IMG/VR virus record: IMGVR_UViG_3300046820_002290
Location: 27,973 to 91,972 of that record
Direction: 5' to 3' (one strand)
DNA from: a virus
DNA: 64,000 bases
The notes beneath the pieces were generated by a model. The model was not told where the DNA came from and made no database searches. It worked only from the letters and a program-made list of their open reading frames with translations. This document shows, piece after piece, positions 9,701 to 18,869 of the stretch (position 1 is the first letter of the stretch; every line of letters starts with the position of its first letter). A program made the position numbers and the translations under genes.

Positions 9701-11222
9701 ATTGCTTACCGGCTTGTCCGTGGCGAACACCGCCATCGGCTATGCTGCTCTCGATGCCGAAACAGTAGGGGACTTTAATACGGCCATCGGTCACAATGCC
9801 CTGACCGCTCAGAACGGCCCCACCGGTAACACTGCCGTAGGCGGCAATGCAGGTGCTCAGATTGTGGGCGGTGCTTGCAACACCTTGATGGGTTACAACA
9901 CCGGGGATGCCCTCACAACTGGAAACAACAACACCGCTCTGGGCATGAATGCCCTCGGCGCCACTATTTCCGGAGGCAATAACGTTGCCGTGGGCATGAA
10001 CGCCCTCGCTACTTCCACGGTTGGGTGTCAAACTGCGGTTGGCTACTGCGCCTTGGCTTCTGCCACAACCGGTATTCAGAACACCGGACTGGGTTACTTC
10101 ACTCTCAACAACTTAATCGCCGGTAACCAGAACACCGCTGTTGGCTTCGCTGCTGGTCAGTTCACGAGCGGAAACTCCAACACCTACCTCGGTTACAACT
10201 CCGGTAACGCGGTAACAACAAGCTCGTTCAACACGATGGTTGGCTGGGAAGCTGGCGTAACCACGACCAATAACGGCAACAACACTTACGTTGGCGCCTG
10301 TTCAGGTAGGCTTCAGACAAGCACCAATAACACCGCCGTCGGTACCTGCGCTCTGGCTAACACTGGCGTCAATAACAACACTGGTGTTGGTTTTGCTGCC
10401 GGGGCCGCTCTGACTACGGGTAGCAGCAATACCTTCGTGGGTGCCACTGCTGGTGACAACGCCACCACGGCTGACAACGCGGTTGCCGTTGGATACAATG
10501 CTCTGGGTGCTGCACACACACCTAATGGCACGGTTGCCATCGGTGCTAATGCTCTGGCTGCCAACACAAGCGGCGCTTGCAACACCGCTGTTGGTTTCAA
10601 CGCCGGTACCGCCGTCACGACCGGTAGCAACAACACCATGCTCGGTTATGCCGCTGGCGATACCGTCACCACGGGTACTCAGAACACCTTCCTCGGCTCT
10701 GGCTCCGGTGGCTTGGCTGCTACTACTTCCGAAGGTAACACGGGTGTTGGTTTCAGTGCCTTGGGCCAAGGTGTCTTGTCGGGTGCTTACAACGTCGCTC
10801 TCGGCAACAACGCTGGTCTGTCGGTAACTTCCGGTGCCATCAACACCCTCGTTGGTTTCTCCGCTGGCTCCGCTATCACGACCGGTGGTAGCAACACACT
10901 GGTGGGCCGCTACGCCGGTACCGCCGCTCTGGCTAACAACGTCGTTCTCTCTGACGGCGCTGGCACCATTCGCTTCCAGTCCAACTCCTCAGGCGCTATC
11001 AGCCTGGGTGCTGGCGGGTCTTACGGCACTGCGGGTCAAATTCTTGTCTCCGGTGGCTCTGGTGCAGCTCCAACTTGGTCTTCCTCCCTCCCACAAGTTA
11101 CAGCTCCCACTGCATCTACGGATGCTGGTACACAGGGTCAAATCGCTTCTGACGCAACCTACTTCTATATGTACACTGGTGGCCGCTGGCAACGTGTTGC
11201 CTGGGATGCCACTGCCTGGTAA
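6738..11222 (+). CDS. Long tail fibre protein
   Basis: ~1495 aa, T/S/G/A-rich; ASTxxxGxVQL fibre repeats, LPKAGGTMTG repeats, long NTAxGxxAL beta-roll repeat region; ATG 6738 preferred to TTG 6684. Confidence 0.85.
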   Translation: MALTVQNLRAVGTGVEPASLLPGQIAFNITDKVLYVGDGSSFKTSFDGTQVAGVPGEGWYAMPMDFASLGDYYVANPGYWGDVPTDQQVLTWSTALNHPIWITGTGGGGSQVYVVSNANVAAASGATTSDKISAAIGVASPDEGNVTIVTGLPDDVYEGLYFFTTEWVKGAAYAYPSASEVIYDNTAHPTLTATVQGAIDDLDDGLIATTAIANTANSTATSALAIASAALPKAGGTMTGTIVAQNINVQTSYGVQFNSGVNGTITGINDSINATSSTIAASGTAVKTAYDIGAAALARSGGTMTGAITFVAGQTFPISGIQIASTSQLGVVQIGTNINVTGGGTISVNSASTSTPGIVQLNDTLSSSSVTEALTARAGADLQTQITSLSVASNIDLGGSLDCTVSPGGTIDSVTAAGTAAGLFVGNPLPAPGPGNVDVYVIVTTGSLSFSPTGGGGPYAPENGDWFLSNGTQWQYLGVGARPSYASTSTAGIIQLGFPADTQAGVNNTLAVTPFTLQSKVSDSTSTTSSTTIASSTAVKAAYDLANAALPKAGGTMTGDITLSGAGVGIVFNDASTVEAISDSVATTSSVTAASSTAVKAAYDLATTANTTANAALPKAGGTMTGAITFVAGQTFPVSGIQDATTVQKGVVQIGTNIDVSSGTISVKSASTTQAGIVQLNNTNSSTSTTQALTANQGKLLQDQINALSTSNNLTFAGTIDGSTGLMLTVTTEGASVGFTVGAVLPSPSATINEYFVIASVAGTMTPPGGVSTQVYVGDWWLASSTTWTYIAAGFQPPYASTTTPGLVRLSTNAETQTGTDATEAVTPASLQSKVSDSTSTTSSTTIASSTAVKSAYDLANAAVPKSIYSALGVIASGTGAGTVGGLALGTTGQFLAANTACGGGIEWCTLSLACIPCSAFTAAGQLLAGTGSSAFTALNVGSNGQFLTVDSTCTGGIKWVTANGANICGFTCALTPFNTVIGATAGALLTGLSVANTAIGYAALDAETVGDFNTAIGHNALTAQNGPTGNTAVGGNAGAQIVGGACNTLMGYNTGDALTTGNNNTALGMNALGATISGGNNVAVGMNALATSTVGCQTAVGYCALASATTGIQNTGLGYFTLNNLIAGNQNTAVGFAAGQFTSGNSNTYLGYNSGNAVTTSSFNTMVGWEAGVTTTNNGNNTYVGACSGRLQTSTNNTAVGTCALANTGVNNNTGVGFAAGAALTTGSSNTFVGATAGDNATTADNAVAVGYNALGAAHTPNGTVAIGANALAANTSGACNTAVGFNAGTAVTTGSNNTMLGYAAGDTVTTGTQNTFLGSGSGGLAATTSEGNTGVGFSALGQGVLSGAYNVALGNNAGLSVTSGAINTLVGFSAGSAITTGGSNTLVGRYAGTAALANNVVLSDGAGTIRFQSNSSGAISLGAGGSYGTAGQILVSGGSGAAPTWSSSLPQVTAPTASTDAGTQGQIASDATYFYMYTGGRWQRVAWDATAW

Positions 11223-11231
11223 TTAAGGAAA

Positions 11232-11453
11232 ATGGCCTCAGTCTCTCAAATCAGGTTACAGAAGGAAATCAACGTAAAATATACCGGGGGAGAGCCCATC
11301 CTCCCCCAGGAGCCAACTCCCTTGCCAGAGCCGATGCTCGTGATCGGGGGTCAACCCGTGCCCGACGGTACGGATTTTGGCGTTGTAAAAGTGGAAGAAG
11401 GGGAATTGATTATCGACCCCGACGACTTCAACGTTGACTTCAAGACTTTTTAA
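11232..11453 (+). CDS. Small hypothetical protein
   Basis: 73-aa ORF between fibre genes. Confidence 0.55.
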   Translation: MASVSQIRLQKEINVKYTGGEPILPQEPTPLPEPMLVIGGQPVPDGTDFGVVKVEEGELIIDPDDFNVDFKTF

Positions 11454-11455
11454 TG

Positions 11456-11463
11456 AGGTAAAA
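11456..11463 (+). promoter_or_regulatory. AGGTAAAA variant late promoter
   Basis: One mismatch, intergenic, 47 nt before start. Confidence 0.5.
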
Positions 11464-11502
11464 GTAACGTAACCCACGACACACACATAGCTTTTTGAAA
11501 AA

Positions 11503-12477
11503 ATGGTTAACAATCTTCAGTTTCTTCGCAGTCTGAACGCCGGCACCTCGCCCGCCTCTCTGGCTGCTGGCCAAATTGCTTTCAACCTGCCCGATCAGAA
11601 ACTCTTCGTTGGTGACGGCACTGACACCATCAAGCGCCTTGATGGTACCACCGAGTCCGTGCTCCTGGGCGAGGGTTACTTCGAGAGCGACCTGAGCCTG
11701 GTGTCTTCCAGCGCCTATACCGATCAAAAGATCGCTGATCTGGTTGATTCGGCCCCTGAGCTGCTTAACACCCTTAACGAACTGGCTGCGGCTATCGGCG
11801 ACGACGCAAACTTCGTCACCACCATCACCACCGCTGTCAGCGGTGTTCAGAGCAACCTGAATACCGAGGTTTCTCGCGCTCAGTCTGCTGAGGCTTCCCT
11901 TAGTGCTGCCCTGAGTGCCGAGATCTCTCGCGCCCAGTCTGCCGAAGGCGTTCTGACCGCCGACCTGGCTGCTGAAGTTGCCCGCGCAACCGCCGCTGAA
12001 GGTGTCCTGACCAGCGACCTCGCTGCCGAAGCCGCTCGCGCTCTGGCCGCCGAGGGAGCTCTGTCCGCTGACCTGGCCACCGAAGTCTCACGTGCCCAGG
12101 CTGCCGAAGGTGTCCTGACCAGCGACCTCGCCACCGAAGTGGCCCGTGCAACTGCTGCTGAAGGCGTTCTGACCGCTGACCTGGCTACCGAAGCCGCTCG
12201 CGCTCTGGCTGCTGAAGGCGTCCTGGCTGCCGGCCTGGCCACTGAAACCTCACGTGCCCAAGCCGCTGAAGGCGTCCTGACTGCCGACCTGGCTTCAGAG
12301 GTTGCTCGTGCAACCGCCGCTGAGGCTTCCGTGCAAGCGGCAGCTGACGCTGCTGTCAACTCCGAAACTGCTCGCGCTCTGGCTGCTGAGGCTGCCCTGA
12401 GCGCTCGTATTGCTGACATCGAAAACGGTATCGACCTTGGTACCTTCGGTGGTGGTGGTCAGGCCCAACAGTTCTGA
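11503..12477 (+). CDS. Alpha-helical coiled-coil fibre/whisker protein with 18-aa repeats
   Basis: N-term paralogous to the 6738 fibre (PASLxxGQIAFNxxDxxLxVGDG); LVDSAPELLNTLNELAAAIGDDANF motif; ten ExxRAxAAE repeats. Confidence 0.75.
   Translation: MVNNLQFLRSLNAGTSPASLAAGQIAFNLPDQKLFVGDGTDTIKRLDGTTESVLLGEGYFESDLSLVSSSAYTDQKIADLVDSAPELLNTLNELAAAIGDDANFVTTITTAVSGVQSNLNTEVSRAQSAEASLSAALSAEISRAQSAEGVLTADLAAEVARATAAEGVLTSDLAAEAARALAAEGALSADLATEVSRAQAAEGVLTSDLATEVARATAAEGVLTADLATEAARALAAEGVLAAGLATETSRAQAAEGVLTADLASEVARATAAEASVQAAADAAVNSETARALAAEAALSARIADIENGIDLGTFGGGGQAQQF
11866..12417 (+). repeat. Coding tandem repeat, ~54-nt unit x10, with a 3-unit higher-order period
   Basis: Units such as EVARATAAEGVLTADLAT, cycling RAQ/RAT/RAL. 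Confidence 0.9.
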
Positions 12478-12495
12478 TTTCCACTTCGGTTTTTC

Positions 12496-12522
12496 GACCC
12501 TCGCTTCGGCGGGGGTCTTTTT
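12496..12522 (+). terminator. Rho-independent terminator
   Basis: GACCCTCGC-TTCG-GCGGGGGTC-TTTTT after the 12477 stop. Confidence 0.9.
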
Positions 12523-12538
12523 GTAGGCGGGTGTGCCG

Positions 12539-12546
12539 GGGTAAAA
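12539..12546 (+). promoter_or_regulatory. GGGTAAAA putative late promoter
   Basis: Exact motif just after a terminator. Confidence 0.7.
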
Positions 12547-12573
12547 GTTACCAGAGCAATAAACCACTATAAT
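12547..12573 (+). promoter_or_regulatory. Putative sigma70/early-type promoter
   Basis: GTTACC-N15-TATAAT. Confidence 0.4.
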
Positions 12574-12591
12574 AGCTGAAACTCTGTTAGT

Positions 12592-13266
12592 ATGGCCCAC
12601 AAGGATTCCCCATCGCTAGACCACATTGACCCGCTCTGGGAAGAAGGGCGGGATTATCAGTTAGTGTGCGGATGGGACTGTAAGAGAAACTGGCGGGAGT
12701 TGACTTATTCAGAAAACTCCGTCAAAGGTAACCGGTTCCTTCCGTGGAGGTATAGCAAAGATGGGATCGGGACGAAACCTGTGGAAACTGGTGATTGGTG
12801 TCAGTTCTACAATCCCTTGACCCAGGACTGGGAACTGATGGAGTTCGAGGGAGAGCGGTGGTGGGAGTTATCCAGGGCCTACGATGCTCGCCACCGCAAC
12901 ATGACGAAAATAAGCTCTACCATTCTTGCTATGCGAACGGAAGAGGGGAAGAAAAAGGGTGGGTACGCGGCTGGGGCGTTGGCTGTCGAGCGGGGCGCAT
13001 TTGACCTCGACTCCCCCAACTGCATAAAAACATGTGAGACTTTGAGTGCAGCCGGCAAAATTGGCGGAAGAATCGCCGGAGCAAAGTGCCGAGACGAAGG
13101 CATTGGTTGGTGCGGGGCAGATGAAGAAACTCTGAGGGATTGGAAACGGGCAGGTGGGCGAGCATCAAAAGGAATGCTTTACTGGAATGATGGGACAAAA
13201 AATAAACGAGCCCGTGAATGTCCAGGCGAAGGATGGGTTCGCGGGAGGATTAAAAAATGGAGTTGA
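12592..13266 (+). mobile_element. Free-standing HNH-type homing endonuclease
   Basis: LDHIDPL...VCG...NWRELTYSENSVKGN beta-beta-alpha-Me pattern; C-terminal WNDGTKNKR...PGEGWVRGR module. Confidence 0.7.
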
Positions 13267-14477
13267 ATAGCCTAACTCGCATCGAGCAGTTTATGGTGGA
13301 TGCTCTGATTGCTTCCCCCCTTATCCCAATTGGTGTAAACGTATTGCGTCTCGCAGATGTCATAGATCGCGAAGGGGTGGTCTCGCAAACTAACAACATT
13401 GTTGTCCGATATACAGGGGCTACAAACACGGTAAAAAACAGGATACCGATGGTATTTGAAAGGACACTTCGGTTCGAGTGCAATTACTCGTGTCAGAATT
13501 ATCTGACCTCTTCCGGCCACGATTTTGCCACACAGCTTATTACGGGGGCATTCATAACCCTAAATGGCTCGGTTCCAGGTGGAGCATACGTGCAAGCCAT
13601 TGAACCTTTTGTCTGTGTGAGCGAAGACTTTACGGGTTTATCCGATCAGTCTCAGTACACTTACACCCAGGTTTGGCAGATTATCATTGAGGAGGCGTTG
13701 CCAGTAATTGCTTTAGATCCCTGCGTCCAACGTGGCGATTGCCGTCAGATCTTCCCAGCCCTTGGTGTCGAGTCTAAGCTACCTCTTGGTGGCATTCTCG
13801 ATGACACCACTGGGGATATTTACGTTCCCGCATACGACTGTGATGGTCAACCACCGGAGGATTACGATGCGTGTTATGGGATAAAATGGAGTAACGAACT
13901 GACACAAAGCGGTAACTGGGTCTTTATTTGTGACCCCGATTGCGTCTTCCTAGAGGATCCTCTCGGTCAACCGATTTATCTTCTCTCTAACAATAGTTAC
14001 ACTGAAGACGGTCGCCTCGTTGTGACAATCTTCGACGCGGATACAAAGGAGCCTATTCGGGAAGTATTCTACTGCAACACAGGTAAGAAACTGGCTCGAT
14101 ATGCAGTGGAGCTCTGGAACGATACGGTAAACAAGATTGGCCCAATCTCATCCAAAGCAGTGAAAGATGCAAGCTGGTATCAGAGTATGAACTACGGTGA
14201 GTTCGCTGTGGTTCTTGGCGGATATCAGTTCATCTACGTGGATCCCCTCAATCCCGATTCCCCTCAGCTTTACGTTGACGGTGGGGTTCTCATCGGCGTC
14301 CAGATGCAAACATTTATTCAGACTCCTAAGGGTAGATTTTATTATGTGGGACAGTCTCCGCAAGGAAAAGGATGGCTTTTAGAAGGGACATTTGAATTAG
14401 CTTCTGTAAACTCCCTGTGGCGCTTGGGCTGTCTCCCGTGCACGGACGGTATAAATTCTCCGCAGCAACCTTGCTAG
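13257..14477 (+). CDS. Mu gp37-like tail terminator/neck protein with C-terminal extension
   Basis: First ~140 aa (IEQFMVDAL...IVVRYTG...ERTLRF...LNGSVP...SEDF...YTY) resemble the Gp37 family. Confidence 0.55.
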   Translation: MELNSLTRIEQFMVDALIASPLIPIGVNVLRLADVIDREGVVSQTNNIVVRYTGATNTVKNRIPMVFERTLRFECNYSCQNYLTSSGHDFATQLITGAFITLNGSVPGGAYVQAIEPFVCVSEDFTGLSDQSQYTYTQVWQIIIEEALPVIALDPCVQRGDCRQIFPALGVESKLPLGGILDDTTGDIYVPAYDCDGQPPEDYDACYGIKWSNELTQSGNWVFICDPDCVFLEDPLGQPIYLLSNNSYTEDGRLVVTIFDADTKEPIREVFYCNTGKKLARYAVELWNDTVNKIGPISSKAVKDASWYQSMNYGEFAVVLGGYQFIYVDPLNPDSPQLYVDGGVLIGVQMQTFIQTPKGRFYYVGQSPQGKGWLLEGTFELASVNSLWRLGCLPCTDGINSPQQPC

Positions 14478-14484
14478 AGGCAAA

Positions 14485-14643
14485 ATGCAATCGGCTCAGC
14501 AACTCTGGAACAGTTACCATGCCGCAGTCAAAGCGGGTAACATTGATTTAGCGAATAGGATCTTACGATCCCTACAAAACTACAAAGGGAATCCGCCTCC
14601 CGCAAAAGGCGGATGTGTTAAATGCCGTAGGAGGCTTTATTAA
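14485..14643 (+). CDS. Small basic protein (52 aa) with C-terminal CxxC; not in ORF track
   Basis: Manual translation MQSAQQLWNSYHAAVKAGNIDLANRILRSLQNYKGNPPPAKGGCVKCRRRLY; fills the gap and has a TAATG overlap with the next gene. Confidence 0.6.
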   Translation: MQSAQQLWNSYHAAVKAGNIDLANRILRSLQNYKGNPPPAKGGCVKCRRRLY

Positions 14644-14927
14644 TGGCTGACTCTAAAGAAAAAGAAGCAATTGTGCGCCAAAAGGAGTTTCTGGCGGAAG
14701 AGGCTCTCAAGGTAGCCAACGAGGCTATCGGTCTTCTTCAAGATCAAATGTCCGAATGCTCTACGCGAGACCTTGTGCAAATTTTCTCTGCTTCCGTGAA
14801 AGCACATCGGGAAATCACTGAGGATATCGTGATTCTTACGAAGCCCGAGCCCGCTTCTGAACAGTCCTTAGCTCGTGAGTATGACGGCAAGGTTGAGGAG
14901 CTTTTGAAGCGCATCTCGAACTTCTAG
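14643..14927 (+). CDS. Putative terminase small subunit
   Basis: 94-aa helical protein immediately upstream of terL; position only. Confidence 0.4.
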   Translation: MADSKEKEAIVRQKEFLAEEALKVANEAIGLLQDQMSECSTRDLVQIFSASVKAHREITEDIVILTKPEPASEQSLAREYDGKVEELLKRISNF

Positions 14928-14928
14928 T

Positions 14929-16680
14929 ATGCGCCCTATAATCACTAAAGCCAGTTTGCTTGATGAGCATAGCACTTGGCGAAAATACATTCGAGGCATC
15001 CAGGAATTGATTGTGATGGAGGCTCCGGCATCCATCATCGAGGAATATAAGTATAAGGCTGCTCAAAATTGCTTCCTGGCATTTGCCGATATCATGAAGA
15101 AAGGCGACCTTAAAGTGGTCGCGTTCCACGAAGTGATTGCGTCCGCGTTCGAGGATCTTGCCAATAAACGGTATCGCCGTTTGATCGTATCGTGTCCTCC
15201 ACGATCCGGAAAGTCAATGCTGGCGTCGATGTTTGTGGCGTGGTTGCTAGGTCGTGACCAAATGACCCAGCATATTATTGCGTCCTACGGCCAACAACTA
15301 TCCGGTAAGTTTCATAAAGACACAATCGGGTACCTGAAACACCCGGAGTTTAAGAAGATATTCCCGGACTGGAAGGGGTTCTCCCCCGACTCCAAATACG
15401 ACATGCTTGGTGGCGGTTACATCCTGCCTACCTCCGTGGGCGGTGTGCTTACTGGTTTCACTGCGGGAACGACTAACATTACGAGTCCGGGGGTGGGGGC
15501 TATGATTGTGGACGACCCTCTCAAGGACTCGACTTCCACTGCCGCACTTGAAGCGTTGGAATCATGGTGGGGCGAACAAGCGAGTACTCGACGCACCAAC
15601 AACTGGTGTCAAATGGTAATCGCGACTCGATTCCACCAACATGACTTGCACGGTGTGCTACTAGAGGCAGACGGTGAATATGATGAAGTTGAGAATCCGA
15701 ATGGTTGGCGCTGGGTTAACATTGCTGGACTGATTGAAACGGCAGAGCAACGAGCGAACGACCCTCTTGAACGTGACCTCGGTGAATCTCATTGGCCTTC
15801 AAACACTGCCTTCACGGTCGACATGCTCATGGCTCAGAAGAAGACCATGGGTTCATTTGCTTTCGCGGCTCTCTACCAAGGCAACCCCGTTGCGGCAGAA
15901 GGTCAGATTATCCGGGATAGTTGGATCTCCCGCATTGAGAAACCCGATTGCCCAGAGTTTGACTTAACTTGGTTGGCAGTTGACTGTGCATTCTCTGAAA
16001 AAGAAATGGCAGACGAGACTGCTATTTGCGTAGCGTCTATTTCCCACCGTTTTCCCGGCAAAGTCTATATTCGCGAAATAATCACAGGCAGGCTAGGTTT
16101 TCCAGACCTTATTGCCAAAGTAAAGCATTTATACTCGTTCTACGACGCTCGAGTTCTCTGCATTGAAAAAGCAGCTTCGGGTCAGTCCTTAATTCAGATG
16201 CTCAAGAAGGAGGCGAAGATTCCGATCGAGGAAATGAAACCGCTGAAGTCTAAGACCGTGAGGCTACAGGCAGTTGCCCCACTTATGGAATTTGATCGGG
16301 TCAAGTTTGTCGAGGGGGACTGGATTGACCCCTTTATTAAAGAGTTGACTACTTTCCCTTTCACTAAACACGATGACCGAACTGACGCTTTCACATGGGC
16401 GCTTACGTATTATTCCATGAAGTTAGATACGGTAGATCGGGGCCTCCAGGATGCAATCATTCAAAATAAACGCTTCTTTGGCGAGCTGACCCGGCCCGGT
16501 TTTGGCAATCAGAATGTTTTCCCCAACCTCAGTCGGGGTCGTTTACGTATGTTCCCTGCGGATCATAATTATAACGATCCTGATTACGATTCCGTGAGCG
16601 GGGAAGCGGATCCCCGATCTTCTTTTGCCAGAGGAGTGAGAAGTGGGCAGCGTAACATTGGGTGGGATACAGAGTTGTGA
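14929..16680 (+). CDS. terL: Terminase large subunit
   Basis: Walker A PPRSGKS, Walker B MIVDDP, nuclease LAVDCAFS and HDDRTDA motifs. Confidence 0.95.
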   Translation: MRPIITKASLLDEHSTWRKYIRGIQELIVMEAPASIIEEYKYKAAQNCFLAFADIMKKGDLKVVAFHEVIASAFEDLANKRYRRLIVSCPPRSGKSMLASMFVAWLLGRDQMTQHIIASYGQQLSGKFHKDTIGYLKHPEFKKIFPDWKGFSPDSKYDMLGGGYILPTSVGGVLTGFTAGTTNITSPGVGAMIVDDPLKDSTSTAALEALESWWGEQASTRRTNNWCQMVIATRFHQHDLHGVLLEADGEYDEVENPNGWRWVNIAGLIETAEQRANDPLERDLGESHWPSNTAFTVDMLMAQKKTMGSFAFAALYQGNPVAAEGQIIRDSWISRIEKPDCPEFDLTWLAVDCAFSEKEMADETAICVASISHRFPGKVYIREIITGRLGFPDLIAKVKHLYSFYDARVLCIEKAASGQSLIQMLKKEAKIPIEEMKPLKSKTVRLQAVAPLMEFDRVKFVEGDWIDPFIKELTTFPFTKHDDRTDAFTWALTYYSMKLDTVDRGLQDAIIQNKRFFGELTRPGFGNQNVFPNLSRGRLRMFPADHNYNDPDYDSVSGEADPRSSFARGVRSGQRNIGWDTEL

Positions 16681-16732
16681 CCGGGATTCAGCCAACCCCG
16701 TAAAAAGTTGCTGTTGTTTACAACAGATTACC

Positions 16733-16921
16733 ATGGCTATTCAACCGAACCCTGACAACGTCCCCAGCATGATGCAAGAGGACTTCGGAACTAAAGTTTT
16801 GATTACGGATCTCGCCGCTGATCGTTATCTAGAGCAAGCGGCCAAGCATGGCACCGAGCGCTACCGTAAATGGTGTGGCGGACGAGACGGATTTGATGAT
16901 TTTGCGGAACGCTTACATTGA
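16733..16921 (+). CDS. Small hypothetical protein
   Basis: MAIQPNPDN..., 62 aa from ATG 16733. Confidence 0.5.
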   Translation: MAIQPNPDNVPSMMQEDFGTKVLITDLAADRYLEQAAKHGTERYRKWCGGRDGFDDFAERLH

Positions 16922-16966
16922 TTGGCTCCTGGAAAAAGACGCCTGGTGGACGATGTAGTGGCAACC

Positions 16967-16974
16967 GGGTAAAA
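16967..16974 (+). promoter_or_regulatory. GGGTAAAA putative late promoter
   Basis: Exact motif, 32 nt before phoH. Confidence 0.7.
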
Positions 16975-16998
16975 CTAAGGGTCGGTCGCAGTCCTCCA

Positions 16999-17817
16999 AT
17001 GCCCGATTCCATATTTCAAGGGGGTGAGTGCAATGTAGAACTCATTGGCAACAAAGTGTATGACCTACCCACCGATTGCTTCCAGTTACTTAACATGCTC
17101 ACTTCCCGTGAAAAGCGCAAGAACCGTCGCGCTGAATCCGCTCAAATGCTAGAAAATTCTTACTCCAAGGGGATGGATGTTCAACCCCCCAAATTCTTGA
17201 CATGGCGTCAGGAGGAGTTGTGGAATTGCTTCAAGAAGAATACCGTTACAATAGGCTTCGGGTCAGCCGGTACAGGCAAAACCCTTATAGCCCTACATTA
17301 CGGTCTTTTCGGAATTGCTCAAGGGCAGTTTGATAAAGTTTACTACGTTCGTAGTGATGTTGGTGTGGAGTTCCAACGCGGGAGAGGTGCTTTACCTGGC
17401 GACCTGTCGGAGAAAATTGCTCCGCTGATTGCCCCTGTCTTAGATAATCTACCCTGCATTATGCGTTCCCAAGGAGCAGCAGAATACCTCCTCAATAAAA
17501 AAATTATTGAGCCAGTTTTGCTTGAGGACATTCGGGGAAGATCTCTTAATAATGCGTTCATCATTGTCGATGAAGCACAAAACTTCCTTCCCTCTCACGT
17601 GAAAACTTGCCTCTCCAGGGTGGGTAAAGATTCAAAAATTTGCCTCATCGGTGACACAAAACAGACCGACCTCGAAGTTTTCCGTCGGGAGAACGGTCTT
17701 GTTGATGCCATTCACCGCCTCCGCCAACTTGCCGAAGTTGACGTTGTGGAGTTTCAAAAAGAAGACATTGTGCGCAACTCTGTAATTGCGCATATTCTAG
17801 ATCGGTATGATGATTAA
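16999..17817 (+). CDS. phoH: PhoH family ATPase
   Basis: GSAGTGKT, RGRSLNNAFIIVDEAQN, GDTKQTD, DIVRN motifs; ATG 16999 is 32 nt after the GGGTAAAA motif. Confidence 0.95.
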   Translation: MPDSIFQGGECNVELIGNKVYDLPTDCFQLLNMLTSREKRKNRRAESAQMLENSYSKGMDVQPPKFLTWRQEELWNCFKKNTVTIGFGSAGTGKTLIALHYGLFGIAQGQFDKVYYVRSDVGVEFQRGRGALPGDLSEKIAPLIAPVLDNLPCIMRSQGAAEYLLNKKIIEPVLLEDIRGRSLNNAFIIVDEAQNFLPSHVKTCLSRVGKDSKICLIGDTKQTDLEVFRRENGLVDAIHRLRQLAEVDVVEFQKEDIVRNSVIAHILDRYDD

Positions 17818-17832
17818 TCCCCGGAGGGAAGC

Positions 17833-18165
17833 ATGAGAAAGGACACACGCTTTAGGCGCCCTGAACGACAAGAAATTGAATCTCGGCTTCCCCAAGGGAT
17901 TTTATCCGACCCGCAAGCGCTAGGTGTGTGGAATATGATGCTGAGGGGAGATGACCCCTCCGACATCGCCCACACCTATCGTTCTTTCCGAGACAGCTCC
18001 TATTGCACAGTTCCTCGTGAGCATCTCCGCTCGATGCGGGATACCATGATTACGGCAATGAGGGAAGCTAATCGCCAAGATCCGAAACCGCGCAAAGAAA
18101 AGAAAAAAGGAATCCATTACAGTGCAATGCCAGACGGCTGGATGCCGCGTCGTACGTCAGCTTAA
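17833..18165 (+). CDS. Hypothetical basic protein
   Basis: 110-aa ORF with GGAGG upstream. Confidence 0.6.
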   Translation: MRKDTRFRRPERQEIESRLPQGILSDPQALGVWNMMLRGDDPSDIAHTYRSFRDSSYCTVPREHLRSMRDTMITAMREANRQDPKPRKEKKKGIHYSAMPDGWMPRRTSA

Positions 18166-18167
18166 TC

Positions 18168-18521
18168 ATGAACGCTAAGAAAGAAATCGAACGTCATCGT
18201 CTCCCGTGCGGGCCAATGGCGGTTTCAATTGAAGGCGTCTGCCGTCGCCGTCTCCGTGACAGTATGGATGCGTTACTGGACAGGTTGACACAAGAGACTC
18301 ACCCTGAAGGTGTAGATATAGATATTCTTGAAATGGACGAAGAGGTAGAAATTCCAGAACCGGAAGAACCGGAGGAAACCGATGAGGAAAAGAAACAACG
18401 CTTGATCCGGGAAGGAAAACTTAAAGTTGACGTTAAAAAAGAAGTGCAAAAGTACGAAGAGAAACTGTTCGGCAATTCGAAAATGCTGCAGAATGGATCG
18501 GGTAAGATTAACAAACGGTAA
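18168..18521 (+). CDS. Hypothetical protein
   Basis: 117-aa ORF, operon spacing. Confidence 0.6.
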   Translation: MNAKKEIERHRLPCGPMAVSIEGVCRRRLRDSMDALLDRLTQETHPEGVDIDILEMDEEVEIPEPEEPEETDEEKKQRLIREGKLKVDVKKEVQKYEEKLFGNSKMLQNGSGKINKR

Positions 18522-18530
18522 CTAACCAAC

Positions 18531-18866
18531 ATGACTAACAGGATCGGTGGCGATTTTGACGCGGAAATCATTGAAGCATTTCGCGCAGCTTACGCCCAAC
18601 AACTTGCGTCTCCTGATCAAGATGAGATTGCTAACAACTCCGGCCTCCCCACCAACGTTGTAACAAACACTTCTCCCTGGATCGAGCATACCGGCTTGTG
18701 GAAATATCCCAGTGGCAAAGGGCCGGAGGAAGACCTCAAAACACCGTTCAATCCCAATGATTATCTCTCTGACGAGGTGCTGGACGGAGATGGCGAGATT
18801 GAAGAAATGAGTGACGAGGAAGTAATAAACTTGGTGAACGAAATTACCGGGGACGAAGAGGAATAA
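18531..18866 (+). CDS. Hypothetical acidic protein
   Basis: 111-aa ORF; GGGTAAGA variant 31 nt upstream. Confidence 0.6.
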   Translation: MTNRIGGDFDAEIIEAFRAAYAQQLASPDQDEIANNSGLPTNVVTNTSPWIEHTGLWKYPSGKGPEEDLKTPFNPNDYLSDEVLDGDGEIEEMSDEEVINLVNEITGDEEE

Positions 18867-18869
18867 TAA

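Noticed and set aside
11880-12419. 179-aa minus-strand ORF, and many other antisense ORFs over fibre genes
   Set aside because: Shadow frames of repetitive, codon-biased + strand genes; no independent motifs.
16918-16998. Longer ORF-track starts (16918, 6684, 33537, 35950, 39243, 44701, 56392, 61264)
   Set aside because: They overlap promoter motifs, leader structures or upstream genes; downstream ATGs fit paralog N-termini and motif spacing better.
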